Shown in pieces: positions 46,450 to 59,766 of a stretch of 64,000 bases of DNA; position 1 is the first letter of the stretch; each line of letters starts with the position of its first letter. Made by a program: the position numbers and the translations under genes. The stretch lies in NCBI RefSeq assembly GCF_009914755.1, contig NC_060948.1. One strand, written 5' to 3'. A model generated the notes under the pieces. It made no database searches and was not told where the DNA came from. It saw nothing but the letters and a program-made list of their open reading frames with translations. The stretch comes from the human T2T-CHM13v2.0 reference genome, Homo sapiens.

Positions 46450-46974
46450 TGACTGGAAAGAGAGTTAGGTTTGGGTGACTCAGTTGGATGAAACAGAGAA
46501 GGCAGCACAATACAACACATGAAATAACCAAAGCAGTTTTTTATTAATTCCAGAGAGAGGAGGGCAGCACAGTTTGCAGGGCCAACTAGAAGGGGGAGCC
46601 ATCCAGGAGACCTGTGCTCGACTGATGGGTGGGAGCAATAGTGAGAGAGAGGGAGGGACCTGAGGGTGGAAGACTTTACTGGGATGTAAGGTGCTACCTG
46701 AGCAGACTTCCTGCGGGGAGGTCTAATTTGGTTTAATGCAGGCAGCTATGAGTCTCTGCTGTGGCTGAGAGGTGGTCACTGATATATCCACATGGTCCCT
46801 GCACAGTATGGGGGTCTGTGGGGTGAGTCAAGTAGGTTATATCTCGCTGTCCCATAGTGAAGTGGTCATCAGGAGAAGGCTGTGCAAGACAGATATCAGG
46901 ATCAGTCACATGGAGTAACTGGGAGGAGGTGAACTGGAAACTGCTGAGGGTGACTGAACCCCACTTCTGATATC
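46450..46974 (-). mobile_element. Solo ERV LTR (subfamily not assigned)
   Basis: TG...CA termini, ~525 bp GC-richer block, AATAAA on the - strand ~90 bp from its 3' end. Confidence 0.6.
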
Positions 46975-47375
46975 AGAAAATCCAATTTATAATTAAAAGG
47001 TATGCTGAGGCAACTAAAAAATTATAAGAATTCACTACAATGTAGTTGGGTATATATAGGCGTAGGTCCTTAGTAGAGTCTGTTTGGCACTATCTAAACC
47101 AGATTCAAATAGCAGCATTTAAATTAAATACCTATCATGGGAAAAATATTATTCCTTGAAAATTTTGATAGAAACAGCAAGAGAATGCAATAGCATTTTC
47201 TTAAAGCCTCCTCCTTTGTGTCTTGAGTGTATTGTTACAGATTGCAGAGTGCCACATATTTAATGGTTATAATTGTTTGATAAATATAAAAAGGAATAAA
47301 GAAAGAAACTTTAATTTCTTTGGAATGATTAGTTCTTGGTATCAGTTTTACTTTGAATTTTTTTTTTCTTTTTAG

Positions 47376-47446
47376 AATCTTCCTAAATACTATGACAATT
47401 GTTCATTTTTCTTCTGGTGCCACACATCTTTTATTCAGAATAACAG
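47376..47446 (+). pseudogene. TPTE2P4: TPTE2-like exon ([24 protein letters not shown])
   Basis: tttag|AATCTT...AACAG|gtatga; 71 nt. Confidence 0.95.
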
Positions 47447-47964
47447 GTATGAATATAATAGAAATACATAGAAACAGCCTAATCTTCAATGTCTATGTAT
47501 AAGGTGTAATGGCAAGTCTTTTGCTGGTTGTCATACACTTAATTTATAGAAAGCAAAAAATTCTTGAACCACCATTGTTCCTTGCCTTACTCCTCTTACT
47601 TTGGTTATTTTACAAATATATTTGTTCTTGAGACCCACTGTTGCAGTATCCTCAGGGTCCATGCCATAGGACTGTGTTATGAGTTCAAAAGTATTATCAT
47701 CAGATCTTAAGTGTGGTAGTAAATTCCTCCCAGAGAAGATCAATATGAGCCTGCTCAGCACCTTCAATATGTCAGGTCCCTGTCAGTAGGTGCTGATTTA
47801 CCAATGATGAACCACCATCAACTTTTGTGCTAAAGTAAGGCAGGACCTAGGGAGGCTTCAGCTAGCTGAAAAGCTGACTGACACCCTTATATCTAGGAGA
47901 AGTTACAAGACACAGTATTAAGGAAATACAGCTAAGAAATATCATTATGTAATAGTCTGTTTAA

Positions 47965-48281
<317 letters not shown>

Positions 48282-49062
48282 TCAAATATGTTTCTAATAA
48301 CCGAACTGGGAAACCTTTCTGAAAAATTATTAATTGGATTTGGAGATTATTGTTCCAAAAAAACCTTCTGCCATATTTGGAAACCCATTTCTCAGCCTAG
48401 AAGTTCTCCACTGTAAGTACCATTTGTTTTGTGATGGTGAAAAAATTGAGACTTTTTTTGTATCAACCGTACTCTTCAATACAAAAGGACAAAATATTTT
48501 TTAAATGATTTAGGTCAGAGTTGAAGAAGTGGCTGTGATTTTATGTGGCATGAATTGATATTATTACATCCAGTTCTAATCTTTCCTTCAAATGTGAACT
48601 GGATCGAATAATTCCTTAAGTCCAGCAAGGCAACAGGAAATTAAACCTCTGGTCTACAGACTTGCAATGCAAAATATTTAATGGATTTTGATAGAGTCAA
48701 CTTTGGATTTGATGGAAATTTTTTACAAGTTTTTTTTTGGATGAATACAAACAATAAGCTTTTTCTTCTAACATGAGCAAAGTCCCTCAAAAAGTGAGAC
48801 ATCAGTGGAGCTTCATTTGATGCTGCTCCTCAAAAGTGGTTCTTGCTAAAGGATACCGTTTTTTTTCCTTTAAAACACTATGTTCATTTTGGAGAAGTGA
48901 TAAGCTGGATCACTTTTATTCTTACTTTTATATAAATTTCTAAAGATTTCTGTAACATTTAAATTTACATACTACTTGGTAAAGCTGTTTTTGTTAGTTA
49001 TGAGATTGTTGTTTAGCCAAAAATGCTAACTTCTATCATTGAGAACACTAGGCATAAATAGG

Positions 49063-49192
49063 TTAACCAATTTATGCCTACTGTTCCATTATTGGAACAC
49101 TCAGCATGTGGGAGTTATATCCTACTGCTCAAGGTAACTTCCAATGTCTCATTGTAAAAATTCAAAAAATTTCAACCTCACACATAAATTAA
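49063..49192 (+). mobile_element. MER85 (non-autonomous piggyBac/PGBD3 element)
   Basis: TTAAccaatttatgcctactGTTCCATTATTGGAACactcagcatgtgggagttat...ctgctcaaggt...aacctcacacataaattaa. Confidence 0.88.
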
Positions 49193-49536
49193 AAGAGATA
49201 TAGTATTTTATTACCGGGTTTTCATTCATGTCTATCCTGACTGATTTCTGTCACAGAGAGAAATTTAGATATTTTATTAAACTTGGATGTCATTAATTCC
49301 ATATAAAGCAATGCTAAGAGAGTCAGAATGTGTTACTGATGTGTTGCTGAAGATTAAAGTATTTTTATGTCTCACTAAAAAGGTGGAAGGAGCCAACTGA
49401 GACACAAAAAAGGGGCTGAGGTTCTATTCATGGTGAAGTTCTTTTTTTGTTTCTTCTAGCTCTAACATGGGTACCCAACTGCGTGGCTTTTCGGTGAGCC
49501 CCAATATAAAATGTAATAATTGTTTTCTATTCTTAA

Positions 49537-49802
49537 GCTTTATCTACCAAGAAATGAATTGGATAATCCACATAAACAAAAAGCTTGGACAATTTATCCA
49601 CCAGAATTTGCCGTGGAGATACTTTTTGGCAAGAAATGACTTCCAATGACATTGTAGCTGGATCCGATTAAGTATAGCTCCCCCTTCCCCTTCTGGGAAA
49701 GAATTATGTTCTTTCCAACCCTGCCACATATTCATATATCCTAAATCTTCCTTGATGAAGTATCTATATATCTTTTTATATGTTCTTCATAAATCTATTA
49801 AA
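49537..49802 (+). pseudogene. TPTE2P4: TPTE2-like last exon ([33 protein letters not shown]) plus 3' UTR
   Basis: Acceptor reads ttaa|G instead of ttag|G; TGA at 49637-49639; candidate ATTAAA poly(A) signal at 49797-49802. Confidence 0.9.
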
Positions 49803-50552
49803 TATATATAGATAAAATGTCAGTGTTTTCCTTCTTTTTTGAAGGTACATACTTCACAGTTTCCATCTTGTATTTACATAAATTTGGAACACGTATGCAG
49901 GAACATCAGGCATCATTTTGAAGAACTTTGAAATAGAACTTCCGTAGCAAAAACTTGAGATATTTAAAAATTGTGATTTCCCAACACCCACTTACTTACA
50001 TATTTTTGGTCAAGTATTTATTCCCTGCTTTTGTTCACATTTGTAATTTCAGATTTATTAAAAAGCTAATTTATATATTTTTCTTCCCCTTCATTTACAA
50101 ACTGTCTGTTAACAGATTGGCAACCAAGACTAAGTTTTAATTCCAGAAGAGAGAAATGTTTCATGCAAGCAGTCCCCCAACTTCCAACACACACTCTCTT
50201 TCATTGCGAGCATTAAATAGGTAGCTTACTTGAAAAGCTTCCTTTAATTACACACAGACATGGGGGTTGGGGTAAGAAGATGGTGGTAAATATGAAGATA
50301 AGTAATCTTTGGTAACTTCTGCTTTTGTATAAAATTGTAAGTGAAGTCAAAAGAAATATTCTTAGCGTAATCTAGGTGTATTATTTTGAAATTCACTACT
50401 CCTGCTCACAACCAACTTCACCTAAGCTTGGGGGGACTCTGAAGGGAGGTTATCTTTGCGTTATAAACAATGGTTAGCCTTATGTCTACAGGAAATAATC
50501 ATTATTTCCTCTTTGGTGCTGGGTGCTACTTTTTTTTAACAAATATTTTATT

Positions 50553-50850
50553 TGCATTTTTTATTTTTTGAGACAGCATCTCACTCTGGTTGTAGAGACT
50601 GGAGTGCAGTGGTGTGATCTTGGTTCACTGCAGCCCCAACCTCCCAGGCTCAGGTGATTCTCCCACCTCAGCCTCCTGAGTAGCTGGGACTATAGGCGCA
50701 TGCCAGCACACCCGGCTAATTTTTTGTATTTTTAGTAGAGACGAGGTTTTGCCGTTGTTGCCCAGGCTGAGCTCAAATTCCTGAACTCAAGCAATCTGCC
50801 TGCCTCAGCCTCCCAAAGTGCTGGTATTAAGGCATGAGCCACCAGGCCCA
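50553..50850 (-). mobile_element. AluJ-like
   Basis: Full antisense dimer. Confidence 0.92.
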
Positions 50851-51262
50851 ATCCGTGGCTGTTACTTCATTCAAAATACCTTTATTGCCACTGTATCTTC
50901 CAGCCATGATTGTCCTTGAAAACCTTCTATCTTGGCTTTATTGAAATTATTCTTATTTGAATGATTTTCCTTTTATTGGCAAGGCCCTCAACAATCTAGA
51001 CCAAGATGAGTTCATCAGGAAATGAAAGGTAACAACTAATAAGACAAGTGTCACTTCTAAAACACGATAAACTCATTCCTGAAAAACCTGGCACTCTACA
51101 GAAAGGACTGAAAAAGGAAGCAGTTCATGAAAATACAGGGTTTGAGAGTCCAGGGCAAACCTGTCTGGCATAGCAACTTTCTAACCAACACACTAACCGC
51201 TGGGACCACCCACATCAGCAGTTCAATGTCAGGAGTTTGCCATAGAGCTTTTTAATTTTTGA

Positions 51263-51421
51263 GTGGAAATAGAAAAATACTTGCTGTAAGGGCTGTGGGT
51301 ACCAGAGTGGCACAGATGAGAGTAGAGCTCTGAGCCATGGTGGAAAATAGAAAAATACTTGCTATAAGGGCTGTGGGTACCAGAGTGGCACAGATGAGAG
51401 TAGAGCTCTGAGCCATGGTGG
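51263..51421. repeat. Tandem duplication, 2 x ~78 bp
   Basis: Units 51263-51339 and 51340-51417 differ by one substitution and one A. Confidence 0.97.
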
Positions 51422-52080
51422 GCACGGAAGGCAGCAACCTTCCAGGAGCCAAGAGCCCCACTAGGCTGGTGAGCCGCCTCGCTGCAGGTGACTTTTTCTC
51501 CTCTAAATAAATAGTCCAAAAAAGGTTCCAACTGCCCGTGCAGCAGCCCAACTAAAGGCCTTTTTCCTTTACTCCCCCTGATCTGGCTCCTTCTTTGAGG
51601 AAAAGATCATAGAACATGCTTTCAAATTACTTTCATGTTAATATTATACCCTGCCATTCATATGACAGAAACGTGTAGGCACAACATAGGTTATGCTATT
51701 TCCTTTAAAATTCACACAACGATAATCTACAGAGGGCAGATTATGTCCTGGGTTTAGGTGAATAGGGAGGAAAATACTTAGCTGGCTCAGTGAAGATTAA
51801 GATCTGTCTTTTTCAGTACTGGAAACAGGAAGGAAGGAAACCCCCTTTTTTATTTTAAGAATTTCCCTTTTTGAAATGAGATTACCATTAAAGTTTCTTT
51901 TCCCCAGACCTCCAAGACCTATCAAAATTTCTGGAAATTATGAGTTGTCACACTATTCTACTTTTGCTTATTGAAAGAAAACTCATTTAAGGCCTCTTTG
52001 GGTATTGCTTTCTTAGAATGCAAAATGAATGATTCTTTGAACAACTCAAGAAACTTAGATCAGAATGGTACGTCTTAAAA

Positions 52081-55000
52081 TTTTAGCTTTAATTTTAAAT
52101 ATGGGGGTATGTGTGCAAGTTTGTTACATCAGTATATTTCACCCCAGTAGAGAGCATAGTACCCAATAGGTAGTTTTTCAACCCGCACCCCTCTCTCTCC
52201 ATCCCCCTCTAGTAGTCCACAGTGTCTATTGTTCCCAACCTTATGTCCAAGGGTACCTATTGTTTAGTTCTCATAGGTGAGAATATGTGGTATTTGGTTT
52301 TCTGGTCCTGCATTAATTTGCTTAGGATAATGGCCTTCGGCTCCATCTATGTTGCTGCAAAAGACCCGATTTCACTCATATTTATGGCTGTGTAGAATTC
52401 CATTGTGTATATGTACCACATTTTCTTTATCCAATCCACCACTGATGGACACCTAGGTTGATTCCATATCTTACTATTGTGAATAGCACAGCGATAAACA
52501 TATCAGTTTGTGTGTCTTTTGGTAGAATGATCTTTTTCCCATTGGGTATATATCCAATAATGGGATTACTGAGTCGAATGGTAGCTCATTTTAAGTTCTT
52601 TGAGAAATCTCCAGACTGCTTTCCACAGTGGCTGAACTAATTTACACTCCCACCAACAATGTATAAACGTTCGTTTTTCTCTGCAGCCTTGCCAGCATCT
52701 GTTGTTTTTGACTTTTTATTAATCACCATTCTGACTAGTGTGAGGAGGTATCTCACTGTGGTTTTGATTTGCACTTCTCTGACAATTCGTGAAGTGAAGA
52801 ATTTTTCCAGATGCTCATGGGTCACTTGTATGTCTTCTTTTCAGAAGTATGTGTCATGTTCTTTCTACATTTTTAATGGGGTTATTTGGTTTCTGCATGT
52901 GGATTTGTGTAAGTTCCTTATAGATTCTGGATATTAGACCTTTGTTGGATGCATAGTTTGCAAATGTTTCCTCCTGTTCTGTGGGTTATCTGTTTGCTCT
53001 GTCGATCATTTCTTTTGCTGTGCCAAAGCGCTTTAGCTTTATTAGGTCCCACTTGTCAATCTTTGTTGTTATTGCAATTGCTTTTGGGGACTTAGTTAAA
53101 AATTATTTCCCAAGGCCAATGTCAAGAAGGGTATTTCTGAGGTTTTCTTCTAGGATTTTTATCACTTGAGGTCTTACATTTAAATCTTTAATCTATCCCC
53201 AGTTAATTTTTGTATATGATGAAAGGTATGGGTCGAGTATCATTATTCTGCATATTGCTAGCCACTTACCCCAACACCATTTATTGAATAGGGAGTCCTT
53301 CCCCCTTTGCTTGTTTTTGTCAGCCTTGCAATATCAGGTGGTTGTAAGTGTAAGGCTTTATTCTGGGTTTTCTAATCTCTTCCATTGGTCTATATGTCTG
53401 CTTTTGTACCAGTACCATGCCGTTTTGGATACTATAGCCTTATAGTTTGAAGCCTCTGACTTTGCCCTTTTGCTTCTATTTGTTTAGGCTATTGAGGCCC
53501 TCTTTTGCTTTCATATGACTTCTAGAATACTTTTTTCTAATTCTGTGAAGAATGACATTGGTAATTTGATAGAAATAGCACTGAATCTGTCAATTGCTTT
53601 GGGCAGTGTGGCCATTTGAATGATACTGATTCTTCCAATCCATGAGCATGGAATGTTTTTCCATTTAATTGTGTTATCTCTGATTTCTTTCCGCAGTGTT
53701 TTACAGTTCTTGTAGAGATCTTTCACATCCTTTGTTAGCTGTATTCCTAGTTATTTCATTTTCCTTGTTGCTACCGTAAATGGGATTCTGTTCTTGATTT
53801 AACTATCAGCCTGGACATTATTGGTGTATAGAAATGCTGTTGATTTTTATATGTTGATTTTTTATCCTGAAACTTTGCTAAAGTTGTTTATCAGTTCTAG
53901 TAGCCTTTTGGCAGAGTCTTTGCTTTTCTGGATATAGAATCATATCATCAGTGAAGAGAGATAGTTTGACCTCTTCTTTTGCTATTTGGATGCCTATTCT
54001 TTCTTTCTCCTGCCTGAATTCTCTAGGTAGGACTTCCAGTGCTATGTTGAATACGAGTGATGAGAGTTGGCATCATTGTCTTGCTCCATTTCTCATGGGG
54101 ATTGGTTCCAACTTTTGCCCATTCAGTAGGTTGGTGGCTGTGAGTTTGTCATAGATGGCTCTTATTATTTTGAGGTATGTTCCCTTGATGCCGAGTCTGT
54201 TGAGGTTTTTAATGTGAAGCGATGTTGGATTTTATCAAAAGTTGTTTCTGTATCTATTGAGATGATGATGTGGTTTTTCTTTTAGTTCTGTTTATGTGGT
54301 GAATCACATTTAGTGATTTGCGTATGTTGAACCAGACTTGCATCCCTGTACTGAAGCCTTCTTGATTGTGGTGGATTAACTTACTGATGTGCTGCTGGAT
54401 TCTGTTTCCTAGCATTTGGTTAAGAATTTTTGTGTCTATATTAATCAGAGTAATTGGCCTGAAGTTTTCTTTTTGTGTGTTTCTCTGCCAGATTTTGGTA
54501 TTAGGCTGATGCTGGCTTCATAGACTGAGTTAGGGAGGAGCCCCTCATCCTGTTCTTTGGAATAGTTTCAATAGAACTAGTACCAGTTCTTTGTACATCT
54601 GGTAGAATTCAGCTGTTGCTTCATCTGGTCCAGGGCTTTTCCTTGCTGGTAGATTTTATATTAATGATTTGATTTTGGAATTCGGTATTTGTCTATTTAA
54701 GGTTTCAATCTCTTTCTAATTCAATCTTGGGGGATTGTATGTTTCCAGGAATTTATCCATTTCCTCTAGATTATCTAATTTGTGTGCATAGAGTTGTTTA
54801 TAGTATTCTCTGAGGATCTTTTGTATTTCTGTTGGATTGTTTGTAGTGTCATCTTTGTCATTTATGATTGTGCTTATTTGGCTCTTCTCTTTTTTTCTTT
54901 GTTTAGCTATCAGGCTATCCATCTAGTTTATTTTTTGAAAAACTAATTATTGGTTTCATTGATCTTTTGTGTGGATCTTTGCATCTAGTCTAAAAAAAAC

Positions 55001-55805
55001 AGCACTTCAAAAAGCACTTCATTCAGTGCTTCTCTAATTTTAGTTATTTCTCTTCTGCCAGCTTTGGAGTTAGTCTATTCTTTTTTTTCTAGTTCCCTTA
55101 AGTGCAAAGTAGGAAAGTTAATTTGAGATACTTCTAACTTCTTGATGAAGGCATTTAGTGCTGTAAACTTTCCTCTTAACACTGCCTTAGCTGCATCCCA
55201 GAGATTCAGGTGTGTTGTGTCCCTATTTTCATTAATTGCAAAGAATATTTTTATTTCTGCCTTAATTTAGATTTTCACCCAGGAGTTATTCAGGAGCAAA
55301 TTATGTAATTACCATGTATTTATGTAGTTTTGAGAGATCTTCTTGATACTGATTTCTAATTTGTCTCACTGTGGTCAGAGTGTGTGCTTGGTATGATTTC
55401 AAACTTTATGAATTTATTGAGGCTTGCTTTCTGGCCAAGCATGTGGTTGATCTTAGAATATGTTCTGTGTGCACATGAGAATGTATCTTCTGTGTTTGTT
55501 TGGCAAAGCGTTCTGTAGATGTCTGTCAGGTCCAATTGGTCAACTGTCAAGTGCAAGTACAGAGTTTGTTAGTTTTCTGCCTCCATGATCTGTCTATTGC
55601 TGTCAGTAGGTTGTTGAAGTCTCCTGCTGTTATTGTGTGTCTAAATCTTTTTGTAGGCCAAGAAAAACTTGTTTTATGAATTTGGGTGCTCCAATGTTGT
55701 GTGTGTAGATATTTAGCCTAAGTCTTCTGGTTGAATTGTGCCCTTTATCATAAGGAATGCTCTTCTTTGTCCTTAATTTTTATTGGTTAAAAATATGTCT
55801 TATTT
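52081..55805 (-). mobile_element. L1P 3' ~3.7 kb (most of ORF2 plus 3' UTR)
   Basis: ORF2 remnants (ORFs 53511-53726 [12 protein letters not shown], 54716-54922, 55356-55556). Confidence 0.93.
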
Positions 55806-56094
55806 GGCCAGGTGCAGTGGCTCATGCCTGTAATCCCAGCACTTTGGGAGGCCGAGGCGGGTGGATCACGAAGTCAGGAGTTCGAGGCCAGCCTGACCAA
55901 CATGGTGAAATCCTGTCTGTACTAAAAATACAAAAAATAGCCAGGTGTGGTAGTGCACCCCTGTAATCCCACTTACTCAGGAGGCTGAGGCAGGAGAATT
56001 GCTTGAACCCAGGAAGCAGAGGTTGCAGTGAGCCGAGACTGCACCACTGTACTCCAGACTGACTAGAGAGTGAGATTCCATATTTTAAAAAAAA
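55806..56094 (+). mobile_element. AluS (Sg-like)
   Basis: Full dimer; no convincing TSD. Confidence 0.95.
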
Positions 56095-56592
56095 TGTCAA
56101 CCACTTAGAATAGTACACACATTAAGCAGATCCTACATCTAGAATGTGTTAAGCAACCATTTGTAAGCATCTTCATGAGAAACGATCACCTCTGGGTTTT
56201 TCTGGTAATATCTGAAATAAACATGGAACCAAACTGTATTTCCCTCAGCACATAACTGTCCAAATTGCATGTGCAAGTAGAGGTTTATGTAAAAGCCCTG
56301 ACAGAACTGTACTCAGTCTTTTGAATTAGGTGCATAAGTCTACTGACCACTCTCTATTTTACCAAGGGAAAGAGCAGTGACTTCTCTATTTCAGTACAAT
56401 TATGGGCAGAAATGACATGATGCAAAATAGAGGTTCTTCCATACAATTTGAGATGTAGGGTATAAGGGAAGACAAAAAAGCAAAATTCCCAAGAAATCAG
56501 AATAACTTCACACTGGTCTTGTACTACAAGAAACCATGAGATGAACTGTAGTCCTCAAACACCTGTGCTTGGCTCAGGCCCTCCAAGACACT

Positions 56593-56895
<303 letters not shown>

Positions 56896-57343
56896 TCAGG
56901 TCTCCTGGTGAAAGTGATGGATGTTCAGGTAACACACCCCAATTCCATGCTTGGTTAACTCAGTATATGGATGGGGCAGCATTGAGGCCTGAGATGGCCA
57001 GATAGATGCAACCGTGGAGATAGAGGTGGCCACAGCTTTGCAGCTTCACCTGGGCAGTGGCAAGAGCACCAACCTTGAGGTTGGAGACTGGTTTATAATA
57101 TTAGTACTGCACAGGGTGGTTATGAAGATTGAATTAGATAAGGGAGGCATAAGTACTTTGTAAAACTTCACATGTTACACAAATTTAAGGGAGGATTACT
57201 ATGAGTAATAGACAAGTTATCTGTGCTCTATTTGGGACACAAAGTTTCTGTGTTACTGTTTTCTTTCCTTTTACAATCAAAACAGAGAAGTTCACATCTC
57301 AGATTTTAAGATGTGTACTAGATGCTGGAAAAACAGGTGTTTA

Positions 57344-57511
<168 letters not shown>

Positions 57512-59412
57512 CTAGAGGAAAAAAAAAATAGTAAATGGTATTTTATCTCAAGAACACCTGATGTGACGTTTCCAGAGGCCAATGTAGTAATGGCTGCAGG
57601 TAGGTGAAAATAGAAATGCTAATGCTGTAGAAGAGTTATTTGTGGAAACTGTCAAAGCTCTTGTTCCCAGGCTCTAAAAACACAAGGTTTTGTTTGGTAG
57701 CCCAGGTCTACGCCTGGGTCTTGCCAAGTACAAGAAGCTCTAGTGAGGGTTGTATTTCGTTTGGTCACTGAGGTGTTGAGGGCTGGCCCACACAAACCAG
57801 CAGGCCTCCAGCTGGGTGGCAACCCCTTATGGTGGGGAGAAGTCAGGCCAAACACAATCTTCATCTTTTTTTCTTTTTTCAACTTTCTCATTCTTAAATA
57901 TTTTAATAGCCCCGATTCTTCCTTTACCATGTTTTTATTAAACATAGCAGTTAAGTTGGAAGTTTGTCTAATCCCAGAATAGATTCAAAATGCTGAGGGA
58001 GATGGTAATAACAGGTAAATGCATTTGCATTCACGGCAGTGGGGTGTGATGGTGTTTGGTCCCTGCAGGTATGGTTTCTGTGGATTCTCTGCTCTTTGTG
58101 CTCTCCTCCCCACATTGGTGGCTCCATCTGGCACAGGGAAGCTTCTGGATGCCAGAAGGTAACATGTTGGCAGGCAGTTGATAGCACCCCACCCTCCAGG
58201 CTGGATAATTTCCTTAGGACAGGGGTTGAAGCAGTACATCCCAAATTTTCTTACTGGAATAAAGTTTGTTAATTTTTGTAGATCTATTTTAGGAGAGAAG
58301 AAATTCAGAAATGAGTTTCCCAATTGGGGAATCACCTATAAATAATCTTGAAATAAGCTTAAAACTTGGTAATCTCAGTAGCGTTTTGAGAGCAGTGAAT
58401 ACCATAGTTCTTTGTAGCTTATCATGTTTAGTTGGTTAGTATGACTGCATGTGATGTTTGCCTCACATAAGTGAATGAGTTTTTCTTCCCTGATTCCCTG
58501 TCTTCTCTCCCCATTTTGTCCTTTGCTAAGGAAACTGAGCTGAACTGAAGTCCAGGTCTTCTGTAATAGAGTGTCTCTCCTTCAACAGGGAACAACACTA
58601 CAGTTGCCCGTGGTTTTGCTTCTGTTCAGTCTCCATGGTGTCATGCCACACTCTCCTGGTTTGTGCCCTGCTCGTTTCTTTACTGCCTTTCTGCCTGCCC
58701 TTTTTGTGCTGGTAGGTCATCCCATTCATGCTCAGCCTTCCTCACTGTCTACACGGTCTTCTGGGGCAATCGTATCCAGTCCCAAGCCTTTTAAAAAAAC
58801 AAGCTATACCCATCCTGGTGGAATTCCTGCCTATAAAAGGGCACACCTTCAGACCTCCAGGCATCTCCAGCCAACACTGCTATGCACACGGAACCGAATT
58901 CAGTTGTGTGGGACCTGCAGCTGCGATTGGGTTTCAAACTCCTATTGCTGATGATCAAGTAAAAATATGAATGTGCTGGATTAAATGCTTTATTCAGCTT
59001 ATCTGCATCTAGGTTATCTAAATTACACACCCACTTAAAACATTCTGTCACCTCTTCTCTTGGAATAATTAATTATTTTAATGTAATTCAGATCTCATTT
59101 TATCCTAGCCCAGCAGTACCTGGGAGAGAATGACTCAATCATAGTAAAATCATATTAAATTATATTCCACTGATTCAGAATTGGAGATAATCTGGCAATT
59201 AAAGTGAGAAGTGTGTCATTCCTCTCCTGGAAGAAATGAACAGTAATGATGGTATCACAGAGATCATACATATAAGGGCCCAATACATGTTCAAAACATG
59301 CCCACCAGCAACTGCCTTACATACCTTGCTCCCAAACATACTGTTACAATTTCTATCTTTCAAACTAACTGTAAATTACAAATGTGGTACCCAAATACCT
59401 GTATGCACATAA

Positions 59413-59766
<354 letters not shown>

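Noticed and set aside
51263-51421. Direct repeats considered as CRISPR-like
   Set aside because: Two adjacent copies with no spacers, in human DNA.
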